A stretch of DNA of 64,000 nt from positions 21,120 through 85,119 of the forward strand of contig CAYPFW010000004.1 in NCBI GenBank assembly GCA_964410585.1, given 5' to 3'. The notes below the pieces were generated by a model. The model had not been told where the DNA came from. It was given only the letters and a program-made list of their open reading frames with translations, and made no database searches. The stretch comes from an uncultured archaeon (GTDB taxonomy: Archaea; Aenigmatarchaeota; Aenigmatarchaeia; QMZP01; JACQNV01). Every line of letters begins with the position of its first letter. Positions within the stretch are counted from its first letter, which is position 1. The translations under genes were made by a program, and so were the position numbers. Of this stretch, positions 10,481-20,546 are shown one piece after another.

Positions 10481-12822
10481 ATTTTGTTGATAAGTTTTGG
10501 TCTAACTTCTCTCCACCGTCTTATTGAAACCTCTATTACGAATATTATAAGAGCTGGTATTAAGGTATATATTAGCATACTTTGCTTGACTGTGTCAAGT
10601 CTTTTGCTTTTCTCTTTTGCATATTTAACTATTTCGTCAACTTCATTTATATCGAACATTTTCCCACCTGTTGATTCAACAAGAGCTTCAATTTTCGGAT
10701 TGACTCCTATTTTTTCATATTCTCTATTGTAGCTTACACCATATTTGCCGTCTAAAACATTTTGGAAACCAATGCTGTTTGCATCTATTCGCGCTATATA
10801 TTTATCTTCTTCAAATTTGTCAAACTTAATATCTGACTGCGGAGGATTTTTTGATTTCAATATTATTTCAACTGTTTCTCCTATTCTAGAGTCTTTAATT
10901 TTAATATAATAGTCTTTCTTCCTTTCAGGGTTTCCAATAACCCAGTTTATTGTTCGAGAAAGCAATTGAGAATTTTCCTTATCAAGAAGCCTACCAAGCG
11001 TATTCGAGCCTGCAAACACGTTTAGTGAAGCTACTCTACCTAAACCAAAGTTCCATGTTGTTAAAGCAGGCCTTCCTGTGTCTGTTGTTATTAAAAGGTC
11101 AGCTGCTTGTTTTGGAACAACTTGATTAAATGCATCAAGAGCAGCTGTAAGTACCATATTTTTTGTGATAAATTGGTTATCATCAAGTATTATTAATCCA
11201 AATCTGTTCCCAGATGACTCAGCTATGTCACCGAACAATACTTTTAGCCTCTCCGAAGATGTTGGTTGGAGATAAAAACCCTTTCCCTTTCTAGCTAGAT
11301 CAGACATGAACTCTGTATCTGTATCGAAACCAACGCCAACTGTTATTATTTTTATGTTTTGTGAAGCAAGTAGAGATGCAAGATTTAGTGTCTGGAATTT
11401 GTTTTGGGTTATACCATCAGACAAAACAATGATATATTTGCTGCCACTTCTTTGGCTTAACATTTGGTATGCAGCTGCCAAACCAATGTTCATGTATGTT
11501 CCTTTTTGAAATTGTAGTCTACTTATCTTGTCTTTTAATAAATTTTTATTGTATAGTAAGATGTTGGGCTCCTCGATTAAGTGTGCTTGATCATTAAAAG
11601 CAAGCGCTCCAACATTGTTGTTTAAACCTAGACTCTCTAGAACACTTATTGCCAAAGCCTTCTCAACATCAACCTTTGTCTTTCCACCGAAAAGTTCACC
11701 TGTTGAGCCAGATATATCAATCAAAAGGATTACATTGATGCCACCTCTTTCAACATCACCTGAACCTATTTCAATTGGAAGGATTTCCATGAATGGTGAA
11801 CCTTTGTAATCACCAAACTCGAAAGAATTAAATCCACCTATTACAAAAAGACCATTGTTATCTAAAAGAAATTTCTTCAAACTATCAATATTTGTTATGT
11901 CTTTTGCTTTCAGGTCATTGATTATCACACCATAATATTTTGAGAGGTCGTCTGGAATGCTTGTTGACTTATCAGCTTCATATATGTCCTGTACTATTTC
12001 TTTGAATGGATCATCTTTTTTTGTTAAATAAAGGATAGCGGGTCTTTTGATAACCTTTACTGTTTTGTAAAACACGTTATTTTGAGGGAAGAAATCATCC
12101 TCTAGTATTTCAGCCTTTATTGTGTGGTAGCCCTCTGATAAAAATGCCTGAGAAACCTTTACACTTTCCTGTGTTCTTGAATTAAAGACAACCTCAGAAT
12201 CTATACTAACCTTTACTGGAACACTAGATTTTCCAGCCATTTCTATACTAATCAGAAAATTATTGTTAGCACCAGGCACAGTTTCTGATGGACCAATAAC
12301 AGAGACAGATGCATCAATCTGTTTTGGTTCTATCTTGATTGCATTTATTGTTGTGTTTAGGCTTGAGATAAGACCAAACAGGCTTTCCATGCTTTCTCCG
12401 GATGTTATCTGGCCATCTGTATATAATAAGAGGTTGCCATTTCTTTCAGATTGAGCAAGTATATTGTCGCCAAGGTTAGATGTTTCACTAGATCCAATTT
12501 CCTTTTTTAGAACAGGTATTTGCTCATTCAGCTTTTCCTTGAGACCATCAACATCATCTTTGAACAAGGCCATTGAAGAAGAGTTGTCGATGAGGAGTTT
12601 TATTCTAGGATTTCCGTCAACAAGCTTTTGCTCAAATACAAAAGGGTTCGCAAGTGAAACTATTAGCAGAGAAACAATGGCTCCTCTAGATAAGAAAAAT
12701 AGAATCTTTTTTCTTCTTGAAGAAACTCTACCAACAAAATTTTTCCACAATAGTAAACCTATAATTGCTAAAAAAACCGGTATGAGATACAAAAACCAAG
12801 GTGTTTCAAACAATATTGTCAT
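10477..12822 (-). CDS. membrane-anchored double VWA domain protein with glutamine-amidotransferase-like domain
   Basis: MIDAS motifs IDNSSSM and IDISGST, LSDG; N- and C-terminal TM. Confidence 0.85.
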   Translation of the reverse strand: MTILFETPWFLYLIPVFLAIIGLLLWKNFVGRVSSRRKKILFFLSRGAIVSLLIVSLANPFVFEQKLVDGNPRIKLLIDNSSSMALFKDDVDGLKEKLNEQIPVLKKEIGSSETSNLGDNILAQSERNGNLLLYTDGQITSGESMESLFGLISSLNTTINAIKIEPKQIDASVSVIGPSETVPGANNNFLISIEMAGKSSVPVKVSIDSEVVFNSRTQESVKVSQAFLSEGYHTIKAEILEDDFFPQNNVFYKTVKVIKRPAILYLTKKDDPFKEIVQDIYEADKSTSIPDDLSKYYGVIINDLKAKDITNIDSLKKFLLDNNGLFVIGGFNSFEFGDYKGSPFMEILPIEIGSGDVERGGINVILLIDISGSTGELFGGKTKVDVEKALAISVLESLGLNNNVGALAFNDQAHLIEEPNILLYNKNLLKDKISRLQFQKGTYMNIGLAAAYQMLSQRSGSKYIIVLSDGITQNKFQTLNLASLLASQNIKIITVGVGFDTDTEFMSDLARKGKGFYLQPTSSERLKVLFGDIAESSGNRFGLIILDDNQFITKNMVLTAALDAFNQVVPKQAADLLITTDTGRPALTTWNFGLGRVASLNVFAGSNTLGRLLDKENSQLLSRTINWVIGNPERKKDYYIKIKDSRIGETVEIILKSKNPPQSDIKFDKFEEDKYIARIDANSIGFQNVLDGKYGVSYNREYEKIGVNPKIEALVESTGGKMFDINEVDEIVKYAKEKSKRLDTVKQSMLIYTLIPALIIFVIEVSIRRWREVRPKLINKI

Positions 12823-12837
12823 ACATTATTACCTCAT

Positions 12838-12887
12838 ATTTGAATATTAGTTTGGATACTGTAACCTTTTTCTAAGAAAGGCTAGCT
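12838..12887 (-). repeat. dispersed hairpin repeat family A
   Basis: minus strand gctagcctttcttagaaaaaggttacagtatccaaactaatattcaaatatg between two VWA genes. Confidence 0.75.
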
Positions 12888-12888
12888 G

Positions 12889-14649
12889 TCATACATCCCC
12901 TCTATACTTCACGTATATCAATTCAATAATTATCAGTAGGATAAGTAAAATCAAAAGCTGAAATGATAGTACAAGAGGAGCCTTACCAGTGCTTCCAACA
13001 ACATCACCCAAACTCTCTTCAACCGAAACCTCTTTATTTACATCAGACTCTTTGAAATCTATAAGATTTGCTGCCATTCTATAGTTTCCAAAATCATAAA
13101 ATCCAGCATGATCCAAAACTATTTTATCTGTGTTTACTTGACCAGTTGGTGTGGTCACTATAATTGGGTTTTCAAATGTTATTATTCGCCCTGTTCTCGT
13201 ATTTATTTCATTTATCTTTTTTCTGTTCAATAAAAATCCCATAATCTCTTTCCAAAAAACTGGATATTTTAGCCTAAACTTAAAACCGGATAACTCATCT
13301 AAAATTCCATAATAAAGAAGTTTTCCGTTTCCTCTTTCCACAAAGGAAATGACAGAGTCTCCGTTCTCTGATTTTGCTATTGGAACCCCAGTTGTTGTTG
13401 GTATATAATCAACTGAACCAAAATCTATGCCTTCTGTTGAAGAGTGTGATGTGAAAACTTTTTCCTTTTTCTTTTCTCCTAGGACTACTAAATTTTGGTA
13501 ATCTGTGATTTTTACATTATCGTGGGCAACTATTATACCTGCTTTTCCATCGTTAATGTTGTCTATCATTGCCTGAACAGTTCCAGGTAAAAGCTTTGAT
13601 GGGTCTATATTTTCCAGAATAACTACATCAAAATTATAGTTTAAAATAGTAGGCGGGCTTGCCATTGAAACTGCTATTTCCTTGTTCTCTTGGAGAGCAG
13701 CGAGCAAGTAGCTACTAGGACTATTTGATACTAGAAGTACACTTAACTTTTCTTCCTTAGGTGTGGCTATGTAAACTGTATTATCTAGTTTAAAGTCGTC
13801 TTGAACATCTATTTTTAACTCATTTGTCCCAAGTGGTGTGTCAAAGTCTATTGTTTTTACATCGCCAGGTGCAAGTGTGAAATCCTTTGAAAAATCACCT
13901 ATCATCAGTTTGATTTGCTTTTCAGATGAATCATAGTTTTTGACAGTTGTAGTTGATTTAGGAAATTTGACAGATAGATCAATTATGCCAACATTGCTTA
14001 CAGGCTTATATACATTTTTTATATTAACAACATGACCTTGACTTCTTAGAGATCTTATTGCTGTTTCATAAGAAGATGGAGATGATGTGTCAATAAAGTC
14101 GCTGACGATCACAATCTTGGATTTTTCTTTGACCAAACTTTCAGCTGTTTTCACAGCATCGTATAGATTTGTTACCGTACTAGTTGGTTTAAGGTTGTTT
14201 AGGACTGTCCTAACGTCTGTTTGTGAACCATCTCTAAGTATAACTTCAGGTGTATCTTTAGCTAGTACGATACTGTTGAATTGACCCATTTGAGAAAAGG
14301 CAAAATCCCTTGCATCTTGGAAGCGCGTACCTGCCTGCATGCTTGCTGAAACATCCAAAACAATTACTGTATGACCTAAAACAGATGCTTCGGAGACCAT
14401 AATAAATGGCTGAGCTAATGTTAATCCAATTAAAACTATAATAAAAATTTGTAGGAATAGAAGAAGGTTGTATATTAGTCTTCTTAAAAAAGAAGATGTA
14501 AGAGATTCGCCCTGTTTTTTGAGTAAAAACATCAGGCTTGGAATTATTTCCTGATTTGGCTTAGGTCTGACTAGGTAAACTATGATTAAAGGGATGAGAC
14601 CAGCAATAGCTGCAAGACCTATTGGATTAAGTAAAAAGTTTTCTAACAT
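12889..14649 (-). CDS. BatA N-terminal + VWA domain membrane protein
   Basis: N-terminal PLIIVYL..PSLMFL BatA-like region, LDVSASM MIDAS, VSDF. Confidence 0.88.
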   Translation of the reverse strand: MLENFLLNPIGLAAIAGLIPLIIVYLVRPKPNQEIIPSLMFLLKKQGESLTSSFLRRLIYNLLLFLQIFIIVLIGLTLAQPFIMVSEASVLGHTVIVLDVSASMQAGTRFQDARDFAFSQMGQFNSIVLAKDTPEVILRDGSQTDVRTVLNNLKPTSTVTNLYDAVKTAESLVKEKSKIVIVSDFIDTSSPSSYETAIRSLRSQGHVVNIKNVYKPVSNVGIIDLSVKFPKSTTTVKNYDSSEKQIKLMIGDFSKDFTLAPGDVKTIDFDTPLGTNELKIDVQDDFKLDNTVYIATPKEEKLSVLLVSNSPSSYLLAALQENKEIAVSMASPPTILNYNFDVVILENIDPSKLLPGTVQAMIDNINDGKAGIIVAHDNVKITDYQNLVVLGEKKKEKVFTSHSSTEGIDFGSVDYIPTTTGVPIAKSENGDSVISFVERGNGKLLYYGILDELSGFKFRLKYPVFWKEIMGFLLNRKKINEINTRTGRIITFENPIIVTTPTGQVNTDKIVLDHAGFYDFGNYRMAANLIDFKESDVNKEVSVEESLGDVVGSTGKAPLVLSFQLLILLILLIIIELIYVKYRGDV

Positions 14650-14729
14650 ATAATCACTAAAGTTTTTAAGAGTAGTATATTTGGTTTTGAATATTGATAA
14701 ATTAGTATATAATAATTAGGTCTGCCCAG

Positions 14730-14897
14730 CTAGGTGAATTTTTTGATAAGGTAAATTAGGATAGAAACTACACCCACTACCAGGAAAACAAAACCAAGTG
14801 AGTATAGGACATAAACTTCTCTCAAAAATATCATAAACAGTGAGCCTAAAACAAGCAAGACCAAGATAGAAAGCCCAAGTAAAATTGAAAGGTTCAT
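14730..14897 (-). CDS. small two-TM membrane protein (55 aa; not in ORF track)
   Basis: hand translation MNLSILLGLSILVLLVLGSLFMIFLREVYVLYSLGFVFLVVGVVSILIYLIKKFT*. Confidence 0.6.
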   Translation of the reverse strand: MNLSILLGLSILVLLVLGSLFMIFLREVYVLYSLGFVFLVVGVVSILIYLIKKFT

Positions 14898-14920
14898 GGT
14901 AAATGTTGTTTATATCTTAT

Positions 14921-15655
14921 TTAAGCTTTGGCAATTGTGTATCCGTGTTTTTCAACTTCTTGTGCTAATTCAGGGCCGCCTGTTTTTACTATTTTACCCT
15001 CAACAAGTATGTGGACCTTATTTGGTTTCACGTATTGGAGAATTCTATCGTAATGTGTGATTAGTAAAACACCCATTCCAAGTTCTTTATGCATCACATT
15101 TATTCCATTTGAGATTATTTTCAAGGCATCTACATCTGTTCCACTATCTGTTTCATCTAATATAGCAAGCTTTGGCTGAAGTATAGCAAGCTGAAGGATT
15201 TCCATTTTCTTTTTTTCTCCTCCAGAAAAGCCTTCGTTTAGGTATCTTTTAGAAAAAGCAGGATCGATTTTCAACATTTCCATTCGTTGCTTTAGGATTT
15301 TATGGAAGTCTAAAACAGATATGTTTTTTCCTGTAACCGAATTATAGGCTGTACGCAAAAAATTGGAAACTGTCAGACCTGGAACTTCTTGAGGATGTTG
15401 GAATGATAAAAATAGGCCCTTCTTTGCTCGCTTATCAACTGCAAGGCTTGTTATATCTTCCCCCTCTAAAAATATTTGACCGCCTGTAATTTCACATTTT
15501 GGATGACCCATGAGTGCATATGCTAATGTTGATTTTCCGGAGCCGTTTGGTCCCATTATTCCTGCAACTTCGCCCTTTTCTATTTTTAGGTCTAGACCAT
15601 TCAATATTTTTTCTTCACCGATTTGGACTTGTAGATTTTTAACTTCTAGTAACAT
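14921..15655 (-). CDS. sufC: Fe-S assembly ATPase SufC
   Basis: GPNGSGKSTL, NEGFSGGEKK, LDETDSG, ITHY. Confidence 0.96.
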   Translation of the reverse strand: MLLEVKNLQVQIGEEKILNGLDLKIEKGEVAGIMGPNGSGKSTLAYALMGHPKCEITGGQIFLEGEDITSLAVDKRAKKGLFLSFQHPQEVPGLTVSNFLRTAYNSVTGKNISVLDFHKILKQRMEMLKIDPAFSKRYLNEGFSGGEKKKMEILQLAILQPKLAILDETDSGTDVDALKIISNGINVMHKELGMGVLLITHYDRILQYVKPNKVHILVEGKIVKTGGPELAQEVEKHGYTIAKA

Positions 15656-15656
15656 A

Positions 15657-16082
15657 TTACACAGCTCCTTTTTGGTATTTGTTATAAATTAAAATTCCAT
15701 TTTTAAGTGTATCAAGCGATAGTATAGCACACTTGAGCCTAGTTGGAGATATTGGTATACTTAACATTTCAATAATATCTTCTTTGGATACTTTATTTGC
15801 ATCTTCTAAGCTCATGTCTTTGACCCTTTCAGTGAGCATGCTAGCTGAGCTTTGTGAAATCGCACACCCATGACCTGAAAACTTTATGTCTTTTATTGAT
15901 TTATTTCCATTTAGTTTTATTGTAATTTCAATCTGATCGCCACAAAGTGGGTTGAATTCTCTGTGTTTTATATCTGGATTTTCAATACTACCCTTGTTTC
16001 TTGGATCTTTGTAGTGGTCTAAAATATTTTCTTTGTATATTCCTTCTCCCATATAACTTCTGTCTATTTTTTCCATATTCAA
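15657..16082 (-). CDS. sufU: SufU/NifU-like protein
   Basis: ILDHYKDPRN, NPLCGD, GCAISQSSAS, RLKCA. Confidence 0.93.
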   Translation of the reverse strand: MNMEKIDRSYMGEGIYKENILDHYKDPRNKGSIENPDIKHREFNPLCGDQIEITIKLNGNKSIKDIKFSGHGCAISQSSASMLTERVKDMSLEDANKVSKEDIIEMLSIPISPTRLKCAILSLDTLKNGILIYNKYQKGAV

Positions 16083-17395
16083 CTAAATAGTTTTTGGGCC
16101 TTCCTTATTCCTTCTACAAGTAAATCGATCTCTTCTCTTGTGTTGTAGATATAAAAGCTTGCGCGAGAGGATCCTGTTACACCAAGCATGTTCATTAAAA
16201 GCATTGCACAATGGTGACCTCCACGTATTGCGATTCCTTCATGATCTAAGATTGTTGATAAGTCGTGTGGGTGTATTTTTCCAACATTAAATGAGACAAG
16301 ACCCCCTCTTTCAGATTTCCCCGCGATAGCATCTGCATCTCTTGAGTGCGAAGTATGCAGAGATGTCTCGTGTCTAGATTTGCTCTGCGAGACACGATCG
16401 CGGCTTTTAGTATTTGGTCCGTAAATTTTTAGGTCTTTTATTTCAGAAAGTTTTTTCAAAGCATAGGAAATCAAATCTTTTTCATGGCTTTCAATTTTTT
16501 CCATTCCTATTTTTTCTAAATAGTTTATAGCTGCTGAAAGGCCTATTGCCTCTGCAATGTTTGGTGTACCTGCTTCAAACTTCCATGGAATGACATCCCA
16601 CGTTGTTTTCTGTTCTTGGACTTCCCTTATCATTCCGCCACCAAAAAGAAAAGGATCTAAATTCTCCAAAAGATCTTTTCTTCCGTATAGAACACCTATT
16701 CCAGTAGGACCAAGCATTTTGTGACCTGAAAAAGCAAGGAAATCGCATCCCAAATCTTTTACATTAACTCTCATATGTGGAACGCTTTGAGCGCCGTCCA
16801 CAACAAACAAGGAATCATTTGCCCTTACTATTTTTGATATTTCTTTTATTGGATTTATTGTCCCCAGAACATTTGAAACATGGGTAAGCGACACTATTTT
16901 TGTTTTTTTTGTAAGTTGGTTTTCTAAACTTTTCAAATTCAGTTTTCCTTCATTTGTGAGTTCAACATATTTTAGAACAAAACCTTTTTGGCTTGCTGCA
17001 TATTGCCATGGGACAATGTTCGAATGGTGCTCCATTTTTGAAATTAATATTTCATCACCTTTTTTGAAATCTCTTGTGAGGATATTTGCTAAAGAATTTA
17101 GGGACTCTGTTGTATTTTTTGTGAAAGAAATTTCATCAAACTCCGCACCTATAAATTTTGCAACATCTTGGTGGGCTTTTTCGTAAGCTATGCTTGCTTC
17201 TTCACTAAGCTTATGAACACCTCTGTGGACGTTTGCATTGTAATTTTCATAATAATCAACAATTGCCTGGATTACTTGTTTTGGTTTTTGAGTTGTTGCA
17301 GTTGAGTCTAAATAAACAAGAGGTTTTCCATTGATTTTTCTTTTCAATATTGGAAAATCTTCTCTGATTTTATTTGTGTTTATTACATTTTTCAT
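16079..17395 (-). CDS. sufS: cysteine desulfurase SufS with ~28-30 aa in-frame insertion
   Basis: YLDSTATTQKP, EHHSN, SGHKMLGPTG, RGGHHCA. Confidence 0.95.
   Translation of the reverse strand: MKNVINTNKIREDFPILKRKINGKPLVYLDSTATTQKPKQVIQAIVDYYENYNANVHRGVHKLSEEASIAYEKAHQDVAKFIGAEFDEISFTKNTTESLNSLANILTRDFKKGDEILISKMEHHSNIVPWQYAASQKGFVLKYVELTNEGKLNLKSLENQLTKKTKIVSLTHVSNVLGTINPIKEISKIVRANDSLFVVDGAQSVPHMRVNVKDLGCDFLAFSGHKMLGPTGIGVLYGRKDLLENLDPFLFGGGMIREVQEQKTTWDVIPWKFEAGTPNIAEAIGLSAAINYLEKIGMEKIESHEKDLISYALKKLSEIKDLKIYGPNTKSRDRVSQSKSRHETSLHTSHSRDADAIAGKSERGGLVSFNVGKIHPHDLSTILDHEGIAIRGGHHCAMLLMNMLGVTGSSRASFYIYNTREEIDLLVEGIRKAQKLFS
16320..16403. repeat. structured palindromic insertion (family B) inside sufS
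   Basis: outer stem ccgcgat/atcgcgg enclosing tctgcat/atgcaga and tcgtgtct/agacacga hairpins; related copy at 37898-37962. Confidence 0.7.
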
Positions 17396-17455
17396 ATTTG
17401 TATATTAGTTTCTTTGGGGTAAGCCTTAGACCTTTCTTTTCTAAAGAAAGGGATT
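17396..17455 (-). repeat. dispersed hairpin repeat family A
   Basis: minus strand ccctttctttagaaaagaaagg-tctaaggcttaccccaaagaaactaatatacaaat, ending at the sufS ATG. Confidence 0.85.
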
Positions 17456-17489
17456 AGGTCTTCTCTGATTTTTTTAACATTTATTGAGC

Positions 17490-18695
17490 TCATACACCTA
17501 TTCCTCTGTTTAATTTTTTTGATATTGATTGCCTTGCATTTTTTCTTAGATCCTTTACATCAATTTTCCTTATTAGAGGATCGAAAAATGCCTCGATAAT
17601 TTTTCTTTTAGCCTTTTCCTCATCAAGACTCCTTGACATTAAATAAAAAAGTTTTTCATGGTCTATTTGTCCAATTGTTGTGCCATGTGAGCATTTAACG
17701 TTGTTGTTATCTATCTCTAGGTTAGGGACAGCATCTGCCTCAGCGTGCTCTGAAAGTAAAAGTGTGTCCTCTTTCTGGAAGCCTGTTGAGTTTGGTGCAT
17801 TTTTATGTATTTTTACAAGGCCTCTGTATATTGCTTTTGAGTGCTGGTTTAGGGCCCCGCGTGTAACCAAGTCTGATGTTGTATAGGGAGCCTGATGATG
17901 AACATTTAATGTAAGATCTAATTGCTGTTTTCCAGAGCCGAAGAAGAATGTCATTGTTTTTGTTCCAGATCCTTCTCCTGCCAACCATGTAGAAACATCT
18001 GACTTGCAAAGGCTTCCGCCTAAATCACAGACAACCCAATTTATTGAGCTATCCTTTTCCAAGACAGCTGTTTTCTTTGAAAATGAAATTACATCAGATA
18101 AATGTTGAACGCTTGAGTAATTTATTTGAGATGATTCTTTTCCAACAATTTCCGTTATAGAGCTTCTGTAGTTGTATTTTGATAATTTTGTATCGAAGGT
18201 GTTTTCAATAAAGTTAACCTTGCTGTATCTATCGGCAACAATAAGCACATGATCGAAGGAAGAAGGTGAAATGAAAGGGAAGTCAAAAGACAGTGTTGCT
18301 TCAACTTGCTTTGGAATATAAACAAAGATACCTCTTTGGAAAAGTGATGCATGAAGTGTTGAGAATTTGTCACTGAAATCGATGTTTTTCAAAAGATGCT
18401 GTTTGATTAAATCTTCATGAGTTCTTAGAGCTTCACTAAAATTAGAAACTATTATTTTTGGATTGTTTTGGATATGTAACTTTTCTATGTGAGGGAGGGA
18501 AAGTTTTTCAAAATCCAAAACAGATGGATCTAGGTTTATTCCAAGGCCGTAAACAAAGTTTGGTTTTGGTAGGCTCTCATATGCATCCCAAGCCTTCAGT
18601 CTAAATGTTTTGAGCCAGCTTGGTTCATTGTTTTGATTGGACAATTCTTCAACTAGTTCTCTGGAAATTTTTTCAGAAATTATTGTCTTTTGCAT
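17490..18695 (-). CDS. sufD: SufD
   Basis: beta-helix SufBD fold, PNLEIDNNNVKCSHGTTIG, LFYLMSR. Confidence 0.92.
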   Translation of the reverse strand: MQKTIISEKISRELVEELSNQNNEPSWLKTFRLKAWDAYESLPKPNFVYGLGINLDPSVLDFEKLSLPHIEKLHIQNNPKIIVSNFSEALRTHEDLIKQHLLKNIDFSDKFSTLHASLFQRGIFVYIPKQVEATLSFDFPFISPSSFDHVLIVADRYSKVNFIENTFDTKLSKYNYRSSITEIVGKESSQINYSSVQHLSDVISFSKKTAVLEKDSSINWVVCDLGGSLCKSDVSTWLAGEGSGTKTMTFFFGSGKQQLDLTLNVHHQAPYTTSDLVTRGALNQHSKAIYRGLVKIHKNAPNSTGFQKEDTLLLSEHAEADAVPNLEIDNNNVKCSHGTTIGQIDHEKLFYLMSRSLDEEKAKRKIIEAFFDPLIRKIDVKDLRKNARQSISKKLNRGIGV

Positions 18696-18697
18696 AC

Positions 18698-20113
18698 TTA
18701 ACCTAAAGAACCTGTCATTTCTAGAGCCATTAGCCTATTCATTTCAACTGCATATTCTAGTGGGAGCTCTTTGATAATTGGTTCGATAAAACCAGAAACA
18801 ATCATTTGGATTGCTTGTGTTTCAGGTATGCCTCTTGACATTAAGTAGAATATTTGATCCTGGGAAATTTTTCCAACAGTTGCTTCGTGTGCGACATCTG
18901 ATTTGTTTTCATTTATTTTCATGTATGGAAATGTGTTTGTTTTTGAGTTATCATCCATCATCAAGGCATCACACTGTATGTTTGACTTTGCACCCGTCGA
19001 TCCCTTTTTGATTTCCAAATGGCCTCTATAAGATGTAACTCCGCCATCGACGCTTATTGATTTTGATTTTATTGTTGATGAAGTGTTTTTTGCTAAATGG
19101 TAGACTTTTGCTCCTGTATCTTGGTTTTGGCCTTTGCCTGCGAAGGCTATGGCTAAATGATCTGCTCTTGAATTTTCACCTTTAAGGACAGAAGCTGGAT
19201 ATAGCATTGTGGCACATGAGCCCATGTTTGCACCTATCCATTCTACAAACCCATCTTTTTCAACAACTGCTCTTTTTGTGTTTAAATTGTATGTATTTTT
19301 TGACCAATTTTCAACAGAAGAGTATCTAAACCTTGCGCCTTCTTTCACAAACACCTCAACACAACCTGCGTGCAGGGAATTTTCATTGTATATTGGTGCA
19401 CTGCAGCCTTCGATATAAGAACCTTGTGCGCCTTTTTCTATGATAATTAAAGTGTGTTCAAACTGTCCCATTTTTTCTGCATTCATTCTGAAATAAGCTT
19501 GGAGAGGGAAATCAACTTTGACTCCTTCTGGGATGTATAAGAAAGTTCCTCCAGACCAAACAGCCCCATGCAAAGCTGCAAACTTGTGAAGTTTTGGCGA
19601 GACACACTGAGTCATGAAATATGGTTTAACTAATTCTGGATATTTTTCAACTGCTTCATCCATGTCTAAAAATATGACGCCTTTATCTTCCCATTCTTTT
19701 TTCAGGTTGTGATATAAAGTCATGCTTTCGAACTGGGCACCTGCGCCTGCTAGGTATCTTTGCTCTGCTTCTGGTATACCTAGTTTTTCAAATGTATTTT
19801 TGATTTCTGGAGGAAGATCCTCCCATTTTTTTGAATTCTTTTTTGCGTCTGCTTTTGCGTAATAGATTATTTTTTCTGTGTCAAGTTTGGAAATATCAGG
19901 CCCCCATGTTGGGGTTTCTAGTTGGTGGAAATATTCCAAGGCTTTTAGCCTTTTTTGAAGCATCCAATCTGGTTCATGCTTTTCTTTAGAAATAAGTCTG
20001 ACTACGTCTTCTGTCAACCCTTGCGGAGCTACATATTCATATTTGCTCTCTGTTTTTTTGTCCAAAGCTTCCCTGACTTTTTGGCTGTATGCAAGCTCCT
20101 GCTGGTTTTCCAT
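18698..20113 (-). CDS. sufB: SufB
   Basis: WSGGTFLY, GQFEHTLII, YIEGCSAP, HEATVGK. Confidence 0.96.
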   Translation of the reverse strand: MENQQELAYSQKVREALDKKTESKYEYVAPQGLTEDVVRLISKEKHEPDWMLQKRLKALEYFHQLETPTWGPDISKLDTEKIIYYAKADAKKNSKKWEDLPPEIKNTFEKLGIPEAEQRYLAGAGAQFESMTLYHNLKKEWEDKGVIFLDMDEAVEKYPELVKPYFMTQCVSPKLHKFAALHGAVWSGGTFLYIPEGVKVDFPLQAYFRMNAEKMGQFEHTLIIIEKGAQGSYIEGCSAPIYNENSLHAGCVEVFVKEGARFRYSSVENWSKNTYNLNTKRAVVEKDGFVEWIGANMGSCATMLYPASVLKGENSRADHLAIAFAGKGQNQDTGAKVYHLAKNTSSTIKSKSISVDGGVTSYRGHLEIKKGSTGAKSNIQCDALMMDDNSKTNTFPYMKINENKSDVAHEATVGKISQDQIFYLMSRGIPETQAIQMIVSGFIEPIIKELPLEYAVEMNRLMALEMTGSLG

Positions 20114-20116
20114 AAA

Positions 20117-20539
20117 CTATTCCTGAATTATTTTTTTTAATTGAACTAAACCTGGTTTTAAAGTCTTGGCCTCAAAACACACTGAACATCCCTGTGGCAC
20201 TTCATCATATAGCATGTGGATTTGGCAAACAGTGAGGTCTTTTTCACATTCTGAGACTATTTTGTAGATTTCTGTGAACACATCGCTGTTTTTGCTTAGA
20301 ATGTTTTCGACACTTTCTTTGATCATTGATTTTATGTGGTCGTTTAGTTTGACTTCAGCTGCACGCCTGTCTTTCATATAATTTGAAACAGCTGCTTCTG
20401 TCAAACCAAGTTTGTCTGCTGCTTTTTTTTGAGACAATCCTTTTGCAATCAATTCTTTTACAAATTCCCTTCTTATTGTTGGGATGATGTACCATGTTGC
20501 GATTTCCTGTGGGAGTTTTTTTAGCATTCTTTTCACCAA
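20117..20539 (-). CDS. HTH transcriptional regulator with Cys/His metal cluster, heads the suf operon
   Basis: LPQEI..IIPTIRRE, LSQKKAADKLGLTEAAVSNY HTH, C..CQIH..CSVC. Confidence 0.85.
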   Translation of the reverse strand: MVKRMLKKLPQEIATWYIIPTIRREFVKELIAKGLSQKKAADKLGLTEAAVSNYMKDRRAAEVKLNDHIKSMIKESVENILSKNSDVFTEIYKIVSECEKDLTVCQIHMLYDEVPQGCSVCFEAKTLKPGLVQLKKIIQE

Positions 20540-20546
20540 TTGAATT

